The position numbers were made by a program, and so were the translations under genes. 8,797 nucleotides of DNA. Source: Paraspadella gotoi. Taxonomy: Eukaryota > Animalia > Chaetognatha. Positions 1 to 8,313 of this stretch are shown here, in pieces; position 1 is the stretch's first letter, and every line of letters starts with the position of its first letter. The stretch lies in contig JBJCIZ010000958.1 in NCBI GenBank assembly GCA_051294375.1, positions 1-8,797 on the forward strand. Reading direction: 5' to 3'. Under the pieces are notes generated by a model. The model saw only the letters and a program-made list of their open reading frames with translations. It was not told where the DNA came from and did not search any database.

Positions 1-90
1 TAATACCATCGAAATCATCAAACAAGTCTCATCGCCAAAAAGGCAGTCGCTACTTTGTATACTTTGTATTACATTATTCATTTATTCAAT

Positions 91-758
91 NNNNNNNNNN
101 NNNNNNNNNNNNNNNNNNNNNNNNNNNNNNNNNNNNNNNNNNNNNNNNNNNNNNNNNNNNNNNNNNNNNNNNNNNNNNNNNNNNNNNNNNNNNTGTTAAC
201 AAATATCTTCATAAACCAAAATATTTGTCAATTACGCGCATAAAATAGTTTGGACGGTACTTTGTCAAGATCTTCAGAACCTNNNNNNNNNNNNNNTTTA
301 TTTCACCACCACCAACTTCGTCTAAATTATTTAATTCAATTTAGCGTCGATACTCTCTCAAATATTAATATTTCAAAAATTTTATNNNNNNNNNNNNNNN
401 NNNNNNNNNNNNNNTATTTTCGATTTTTCCTTAAAATTTATATTTACTATTAAAGCAACATTTAGCGATCTGATTCATGTATCAATTATCCCAGTATTAT
501 CAGTTATCTTGTAACCCCCACCCCAATGCCGATTAAAGCTCAAACAAGGTGGACAAAAGCAATTATGGAANNNNNNNNNNNNNNNNNNNNNNNNNNNNNN
601 NNNNATAATTGTCAAGACAAATAAAACAACATTGAAACTGACTTTGTTAATTGAGGCGAGGGTCGAGGAGCAGATGACGGTCGGGAGACGTCACCTCCCT
701 CTACGACGAAACAATCGGGATCGAACCCGGCTTNNNNNNNNNNNNNNNNNNNNNNNNN
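91..758. other. Cluster of five short N runs (91-193, 283-296, 386-414, 571-604, 734-758)
   Basis: N runs of 103, 14, 29, 34 and 25 nt seen directly. They indicate low coverage or masking. Confidence 0.98.
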
Positions 759-1089
759 AAAAGCATATATGAGAAGAGCAACTGAACGAACACTGCATAA
801 CGCCGATCAAGGCTCCACAGTATACCGAAGTTTAGCAAAGACGAGGCTGAGAGCAAGTCACTGCGACGACAATATTTTCTTTTCGCTTTCTACTATTAAT
901 ATAATTTCGAATTATAATCTATACCTACGCCGAAACTGTGCGAGCCAGGCAGCAATAAGAGACCTATGTAAGGCGATACAGAGCCTTGCACTGATTTTGT
1001 CATAAGCATCAAATACGTCCATCATCTGGAATGCCACAGCGCGACATACATGTGCATCGTATGTCAAAAATGAAGTATTGCGCGATATT

Positions 1090-1460
1090 GCCTTAATCAT
1101 CACTTGACATCATACATTCATTTTCTCATCCGAGTCACTGACGTTCGTCGTCTGTCGTCGTTGTCTTCGCGTCATCACACCATTGCCGATCGTCGCGCAG
1201 TCACATCGGGTTAGGTCTGAGTACCGCGCGAGTCGAGCTCATCATCAATCCTACCATCATCAGCACTGACGCATCATAGATGGCAATCTCCATCGCACAA
1301 TCACATCATCCAGACAATTATCATCAAAAACATCAATCAGTGTCGCGAGCGCGAGATACATAAACATCATCAATTCATGCATCCTCTTACGTGCTGTATA
1401 CGACTTCTTCATCATTGTCGTCGTCGTTGTCGTCATAGATGATTAGTCGTCAGACGTTTG
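1090..1460 (-). repeat. Low-complexity block rich in catca/cgtcg words (GAT/GAC-rich on the minus strand)
   Basis: For example cttcttcatcattgtcgtcgtcgttgtcgtc (1404-1434) reads DDNDDDNDEE on the minus strand, but stop codons are frequent. Confidence 0.45.
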
Positions 1461-2389
1461 TCAGTTACACCAAAACCTTATTGAAACGCTCTCTTATTGA
1501 TTAGTCCGTTTCTCCAGTTTTGTCTACTAACATTCAGTCAATGGCACCACTGATTCGATTGTCTTTATTACTTCATCATCGTCTATCGTTTCGCGATCAA
1601 GTCGTCAAGTATAGTTATCGATCTTCACCCAAAAAAAAAAAAGACATTACAATCGAGTTCCAACAATAACAAGTTATGTACACGGAGTCCAGATTATGTA
1701 TTGCCGAATTCGTACCATATCAGAGCGAATACGCGCGTTCTGTATAGTTTTCCGAGAAACGTCATCCCTATATGTTCATGCTTCCAAATACTATTATAAC
1801 CGCAATAGACTAAGGCAGGTAAATATAAATATATAAATATTTGTTTTGTTAAAATCTATGGTGAGCACGAATACATGCTCAGGTACCACTCTATAATTTC
1901 TGGCTAACCTATTTTCAAACTTAGTCCCCTCAATCGAGATACTGTTATATCTCTTACTCTGTACTATATGACTGCAATATATATATATAATCATCTATTT
2001 GGTAATATTAATTCTCTTAATATCTCTAATGAGTACGAAGAGTATTTCCATTAAGAATACTAAAAACCTAGACAATACTATAAAAAAAAATCAAACGAGA
2101 AACCGAATTGAGATTCTAAACGCAATGAGAAGAACACATATAGTTAAATAGTAAACTGTAGACGAGGTCTATCAGCTAGAGAGACATTGCGTTTTCATTT
2201 GTAGTGTCTGATATCTTATATACATCGAGATTACGTCGTCAGTGGCGTGACCGCGTCCGGAGCAAAACGCTTAAGAAGGAGAGTCCAGCGATCGTTTCAT
2301 CATCGATCGTAAACTCACAATCTTTCACTCCGGGTTACCAGCCGATAAACCTGACAGAGTCTGATCAATCCTATGCCCTTCGACTCCAC

Positions 2390-2447
2390 GTAAGGAAATA
2401 AAATTCACCAGCGTACTCAATAATACACATATATACTAATCTTGCAG
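2390..2447 (+). other. Putative 58-nt spliceosomal intron
   Basis: Donor GTAAGG at 2390, branch-like ACTAAT at 2435-2440 and acceptor TTGCAG ending at 2447. It is phase 0 relative to the open frame 2204-2389, which itself follows an acceptor-like ttttcatttgtag (2192-2204). Confidence 0.35.
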
Positions 2448-4389
2448 CGGAATTATCGATTTGTGTATAAACTAAGTGATTAACGTAATTGGAGTATATG
2501 GAAGGATCAGTAAATAATATAAACTGTAACACTCTCGGGAGAGAATGTAAAACAAATAATTAAGTGAAATGCAGTGTTCACGGAGTAGGAATTCTGAGAA
2601 GCGAGAGAAGAAGTCGATGAAAAGATGATCATTGAATGAAGCGAGAGATATCTACATGGCTTTGCGTATGCAAATCGAAATCTATGCGAACACACGAAAG
2701 AACTGGTAGTGAAATGGCTGTTGTATAATATCAGAGAACGTATATAATATTAGTAGTATATAGTGTCGTGTTATATTTAGAGAGATTAAAGTAGAGAACA
2801 AACGGAAGAGCGTATAATATAGATATATCCGTTGATATTGAGTATCTTTTGTAATATAACTTAACCATTTTATCATGTTATTACCATTAAAATGTTGAAT
2901 TTACTAATGAAATTAGTTAATTATTATAGTATATTAGTTACATAGATTAATTTATCGTAGGCAATATGTTTTTTTGTCGAGAGCTATATCTAACCTCTAA
3001 AGCTTATTAATTCACGATCATTACTTCTATCTCTGCTCTCACTCACAAAAACGCTATTCTCTTCATTCTGCGCTTTCTCTCTTCATTTTATACATCTATT
3101 GCATCTTGTTCGTCTTTCTCTACATCTAACTGTGCACGAGATTATAAAGCCTCTCTCCTCGGCGAAGGGTCGTCAATTCATCCTCCGATGCGGCAAAGAG
3201 ACTTTCCGTAATTCATATCCTCTGAGCGATTGTTCCCAGTACTGTTAAGAAGATTGCCTTCCCTCCGCAAGAGGTTTGGGACCAAACAAAGACAACGACT
3301 CATTAGAAACCGGTGAGCATCACGTAATGTCATATAAGGAAGCCTCCTATTGCCGAGACCTCTCGCGTGGGCTCAAACATTTTCGCCGCTGGAGCCGGCC
3401 CGTCGACCACGCCCCCGCCGCCGCTCAAAGCCGACTGAGACACGAGACAGCAGAATGACCCCAGCAGAATCTCACACGTCCCCGTTGCTCCGTTAGCGCA
3501 TTTTGTATTTTCTCATGGGGCTTAATTGATCCGTTTTGGCATGAGTGACTTCTGACTGTAAGTGGTATACTTACATTCGAGTTCTTGTTATTCTTTGGTA
3601 TTATAAATACTGTTAAAATTACAATTTAATTCTTGATGTTTAGATATTTAGTTGTCAGGTATATATATCTATAGTGTGCACTCTTATTTTATATGTTAAT
3701 GTTGTATATATAAGGATCTTAATTGAAATATTGACAATGGCGTTTACAATCCTATTAATAAAGTAGTATACAAAATATAAATCGGTCTGAAATGATATTA
3801 AAATCTCTAGAGAGGACAACATACATTATGTGAGATAAGCTTTTTTTTAAGACTATTTTGATACGTTATTGTTGTGAAAGTTTACAATAACCACCACGAC
3901 ACAAGATCCATACTCATGACGACAAAGTTTAGAGAAAAGTTTAAACAAGTTATTTACAATATACACATATCAAGTAAAATGAAAACATGAAGAAACTAAG
4001 CACAAATAGCATGAGAAGGATCAGAGAGAACTCATAACAAAAACAGACAGATATCAGTACGAGACCAATGAGAGCAATTATCTGGCACGACAACCAACGA
4101 GCGATTTCACCAACATCAGATTAACCACTATACCACTAGAAAAAACACCTAATAGATCAACAACACTTAACATGAGGATCTCCATACGATCGTAATGTTT
4201 GTATTCCGTGGTCTTTATTTTTCGTTCCTACAGATGATACCAACCGCCTCTTCGATAAGGCAAAACCTCGATCCGCATTCTTTTTGACATTGCGGATTAT
4301 GCCAACTATAGCGTGACGTTGTGTGACCCAGCTTAGCGCCTGACGTTCACGCGCTCAGACCGCCCTCGCTCACTTCCGGTTTCGTGAAC

Positions 4390-4541
4390 GAGAGAGAAGA
4401 GAGAGAACTGTTGTTGCTTTACTCTTATTACGGATCAACTTATATATAGAGAATTATTATAATAATGATTTCGTGCTGACTCTTTGCTTCCGTCGATTCT
4501 AATTCTGTCTCTCTCATAATCTCTCTCACTCTCTCTCTCTT
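4390..4541. repeat. Imperfect (GA)n tract (4390-4406) and (TC)n tract (4508-4541)
   Basis: gagagagaagagagaga and tctctctcataatctctctcactctctctctct, seen directly. Confidence 0.6.
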
Positions 4542-4924
4542 CGTAGTTAACGACGACGAAAAAACAACAAACAATCTCTAACTCAATCCTCAATTCTCAC
4601 CGATTCTCATGTCTTCATAAATCATGATAACTTTTTGTGGCTCTCTTTCCGAGAGTGACCCCTTCTCCGCTCTTCTTCTTCCTGGCGAGTTTTCCATTTT
4701 TGTTTGTTTTTCTTGTAATTCTCTAACTCTACACCTCTCACTACATCTAGATCAATTACATTAACTAATTACTTATAAAATATCAGTTATTAATATTAAT
4801 ATATATCTCTACAGAATATTAATATGCAGCGAAGTTCTATTCTCGTTCTCGTTGTCCTTTTCTGATTCTTCTATTCTACCTACATCTTCTTACGTGATCT
4901 TTGGCCTTCTCATCGCTGCACGTT

Positions 4925-6550
4925 GGCTTTATTAGTCATGCGCTACACACGCACTTTCGATGTCCTGACTCTTGTAATCTGCTCGTTTCGTGTAATTCTT
5001 CAGAGTCCAAAAAGAGCAGTGATATGGTCCGACGCGGAAAGAAGTAGAGCACAGAAAGAAATTGGTAGATGCAGAGATTCGGCGAGATGCATAAAACCAC
5101 GATTATATGTACGATCTGCTTTGTTTCACACTCGACGGATATTGATCGAATAATTAAATCATAGAAGATGCAGAACACGATGATGTAACTCGAGAACGAA
5201 TTCACATCGACGTTACTACGATTATTGAATTTAGGCGACCAAGAATTGAGATGATCGACGCAAATTCGATATACTGAGAGAGACGTAAGCTCACAGATAA
5301 AAGAACGACATGGACTCGACGAGCGGAGTGATGAAAGACGGGAAGACGGTGAAGATAAGACAATGAGGACACTTTGTCACAGTCCACAGACCGGTTACGT
5401 ACCTGTAGTGTGATGATGAGCAAGAACTCGATGAAGACGAGACGATGACTCGAAGATTGAAGTGTGGAGGACTGACGGTAGCGAATTTTTCGACAATGAG
5501 CTTAATAAGTAAGCGTGGTTGCAGTAAGATATGAGAGACATATACGATGGATGTAACGATATGAGAGAAAGATGATAACGAACTGTATACGTATAGTGGG
5601 GAGTGTCGATAGGAAACGGTGAATCGATAAATTCGTCACTATCATCATGTGACGATGCCACTGTGAGCAGATGTAGAAACGAAGTCGATATGAATTGAGC
5701 ACGAAGGGAGTCACAATTTGATACACACGCACGACTATGCAATGCGAGTAGGGGTGAGGGAGAAGCACTCTGGCGGTTACGAGGGCTGAATGAGATGATA
5801 GTTGAGGACGCACAAGTCGTGCACGAGAAGTACGAAATCGAATAGCACCGAGCACGTGCACACGGCAGAGAGACGAAATGGAAGATGAACGAACTAGATG
5901 AGCCGACAAAGACGGTGAGAGTCTGCACAATAAAGTGATCAATGAACGAATGATAAACTCATGACCAGAGGTCGATATGAGGCACTCTGAAGCAATATAA
6001 TGAGTCACGTGATGTCGAGATCGCTTTGAGGAAACAGAGTGACATGTAAGAGAGAGCGAGAGAAGCGCATCGCAGGTAAAAGAAACTGACACGATGATAG
6101 AGAAATCAATATAGGGAAGACATACTGAGAGAACAACTAAAATGATGCGTGAGACTGATATTTACTGTGTATAAGACTAGACGAACCATTTATTATGCAC
6201 AGACGATGAAGCATGTGGACCGCTTTATATCTCAATATAAGTATGAAGACGATGAAGACATATTTGAACGAGCTATCGTTCCGACAGCTTGCACGAGTAG
6301 GGTCGATAGATGTTCCTATAGAACTGAACAGAGGAGGCCGATATGAATGTGATAGGACTGGACCCACTCGATGCGCATTCTGCAAATGACGAGGCGACGC
6401 ACTAAATGAGAGTAGGACCCGAACGAAGGAGTTGCCGTCACTATGCAAGAGTATACAGGACGACCGCAGGATGAAAAGGCTCGACGGACATTGAGGTTTA
6501 AGATGTGCCTCTTTAAGAGGATTAGAAAACATAGATTGGCGAGTGTCAAT
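4925..6550 (+). repeat. Purine-skewed low-complexity block rich in gatga/gacga/gaaga words
   Basis: Examples are tgatgatgagcaagaactcgatgaagacgagacgatgactcgaagattga (5411-5460) and gtatgaagacgatgaagac (6241-6259). There is no long + strand ORF, and the minus-strand ORFs here are S/H/I/L-rich shadows. Confidence 0.5.
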
Positions 6551-6557
6551 ACATAGT

Positions 6558-6590
6558 AGAGATGCGTGACCGCGTCTCTGTTTCTTCTAG
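6558..6590 (+). other. Stem-loop followed by a pyrimidine tract and CTAG
   Basis: agagatgcg-tgac-cgcgtctct (9-bp stem with one G-U pair, 4-nt loop), then gtttctt and CTAG (6587-6590). It lies at the boundary between the purine-rich block and AT-rich DNA. Confidence 0.4.
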
Positions 6591-7228
6591 GGTTTTCAAT
6601 ACCAATTTAAAGATAGTTCCGTTTGTGTGAGTTTACGGGGCCGGACTATTGGGTATTTTCTTATTAAAATACTAATTTTAATTACGAGTTAATTATTGCG
6701 TTCTCAATATCGGCTATTTCATCGGCGAAATTTGGATTTTATTTTTCTACTGCCGGAGCGACGACTACATGGATTACTTCGCCAAATTCAACAAAATAAA
6801 ATTAAATCGACATTTTTACTATTTTCCAGCGTATAAATGTCGTCTTTAATGTGTATTTAAATTATATATGTCATTTTTTTTCATCAATAACGAATTTTCG
6901 TCTAATTTTGATTATTCGAGAGTTATTTCGAATTTTATTTTCTTCGTATCATAAATCTGCGCGTATGTCATTTGATCTTATTTTGTGTTTGGCGTTTTTA
7001 GCGCGCCCTATCTGTCGCGACATCTGGCGAACTGAAACGGAAATTATATTTTTCGGAAAAAAATTAACATAGACAAAAGAGCATCGTTCGTGTCTTGTAT
7101 TTTCTCTCATATTTTAAATTAAAAATTTTGGAATTGAAGAAAAGAAAAAATTTTAATCTTCTTAATTAATCTTTGTTCTTGTCATTTTGCTTCGACAACA
7201 TACATCTGACATACAACTATCTTTCGGA

Positions 7229-7944
7229 ATGTCGGCGATGGCCAAATTTTTTGCGGATAAGGACGCAATTTTTGGGGTTGGTTTCCGAGCGAAGACCGAA
7301 CTTTTACGACCCGGCCGCCTGCGGGTCAGATCGCCAAGGCGTTCCGGATCCCCAAACCATTGACGGCGACGTTGACGGCCGTTGGCCGCGCGAACATGGA
7401 TGATGAGGAAAAGCATTTAAACTATGGTCGTGCAAGGAGGTCGTGCTCCTGCCAGATTCCGACTAAAAAAGATCGGTTTTTTCGAGTGGCCCAAAACCGC
7501 CATGGGCAATGGTGGTGGAGGACGATTGGGAGGTACGCGGAGATGGGCCAGTGCTAGCTCACCGCGAGCGCCCTCATGGGATGGAACTCCGCCCCATCAC
7601 TGGAAAAAATTCGTAGGGAGGTTTTTTCCACTTATCCCATGGCGCCCCAGTGCACGACGACGGCCAGGGATACCTGGATTGAAAGCGCCAGCGGTCGTAT
7701 GATCCACATCCGGATCTGACCATTGCAACGATCCATCTGAAAGAGACCCTGGAGGGTCTCATCATTCCCCACGAGCCGGCGACTTAGCATCATCTGTTTG
7801 ACCTATCCATGGAAAGTTCTTTTCCTGGCGGGCGTTTCCACAGGCGGAACGCCGCTTTTGCAACGCTAGCCCACCCGTTCCATCGACGACCTAAAGTTGC
7901 ACGTTTCTGGGGGTTCCGGATGAAGAGAATTGGACGACGAATAA
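7229..7944 (+). pseudogene. Frameshifted copy (copy A) of an unidentified intronless protein-coding gene, ~230 aa after manual frame repair; either a pseudogene or an intact gene obscured by sequencing indels
   Basis: GC-rich block in AT-rich flanks, with ATG at 7229 (MSAMAKFFADKDAIF...) and TAA at 7942-7944. Segments 7443-7596 and 7877-7956 align with the reverse complement of 8653-8797 and 8301-8381. Repaired fragments read ...EVVLLADSELKKSFSKWPKTAMGMVVEDDGRYAEMGVLAHRGAPSWDDSAPSLEKIRREVFSTYPMA...HPDLTIATIHLKETLEGLIIPHEPATSIICLTYPWKVLFLAGVSTGGTPL...SIDDLKLHVLGVPDEENWDDE*. Frame choice outside the aligned parts and the start codon are my inference. Confidence 0.7.
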
Positions 7945-7952
7945 ACAGTGGA

Positions 7953-7982
7953 CCCGTGCCCGAATTTTTCGTTCGGGACGGG
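7953..7982 (+). other. GC-rich stem-loop 8 nt downstream of the copy A stop codon
   Basis: cccgt(g)cccgaa-tttttcg-ttcgggacggg: 11-bp stem with one bulged G and a 7-nt loop. No U-tract follows. Confidence 0.6.
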
Positions 7983-8300
7983 ATAGACACTGTGTCGTGT
8001 GGACTGTATTCGAAATATGTTTATTCCCCGATAATATTTATTTTTCAGCCTCATTGGATGATTGATTTAATTTTAGAATGTTTTATTTTAAATGTGCTAT
8101 TTTGGTTAATATTTATTTACTCAATAATGCAGCATTTATATGTTTAACCGTATATCTGATTCTCTGCAATTTATTCAGGTTTAATCAGTTTATTTTTACG
8201 TTACGATCGCTCGATTCGTTGTGAGCGATTCGTTTTGACTTTTCGAAACTTTCTTATGAGCACCTCGACGACTGCTGACATCCTAGCTCAACCCGCCGAA
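7957..8300. promoter_or_regulatory. AT-rich shared 3' intergenic region with candidate polyadenylation signals
   Basis: AATAAA overlaps the stop codon in both copies (gaa taa a). Further minus-strand AATAAA sites (tttatt on +) occur near 8082, 8112, 8170 and 8189. These hexamers are common in AT-rich DNA. Confidence 0.35.
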
Positions 8301-8305
8301 CGGGT
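8283..8305 (-). other. GC-rich stem-loop followed by CTAG, downstream of the copy B stop codon (Helitron 3'-end-like)
   Basis: The minus strand reads TAA acagttgg ACCCG ttcgg CGGGT tgag CTAG g: a 5-bp stem extendable by a G-U pair, then CTAG 4 nt later. The next base is G rather than the T expected from Helitron A|T insertion. Confidence 0.35.
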
Positions 8306-8313
8306 CCAACTGT

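Noticed and set aside
55-453. ORFs 55-243 and 250-453 (also 8375-8671)
   Set aside because: They are open only because they run through N gaps.
715-760. Complete tRNA gene
   Set aside because: The T-stem pairs imperfectly, no acceptor stem is visible, and the remainder is N.
4388-4575. PacBio SMRTbell adapter remnant or pre-miRNA (atctctctca, gttgttg, aacaacaa, gagagag pieces)
   Set aside because: The pieces are not in adapter order, the GGA/CCT repeat is missing, and the sequence between the GA and TC tracts is not complementary. Simple microsatellites explain it.
5395-6092. Long minus-strand ORFs of 177 aa and 196 aa
   Set aside because: They are S/H/I/L-rich translations expected opposite a purine-rich strand where minus-strand stops are scarce. 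They overlap each other and show no recognisable domain.
2245-6576. Exact 13-mer gcgtgaccgcgtc at 2245-2257 and 6564-6576
   Set aside because: The flanks do not align, and one 13-mer match in ~9 kb is not clearly beyond chance.
7743-7760. Perfect 8-bp inverted repeat gagaccct-gg-agggtctc (two opposed BsaI sites)
   Set aside because: It lies inside the inferred coding frame (ETLEGL) with no vector context, so it is probably chance.
7162-8147. The many short ORFs in the track (7173, 7360, 7424, 7574, 7790, 7809, 7866 etc.) as separate genes
   Set aside because: They are frameshifted pieces or shadows of the single gene copy A.
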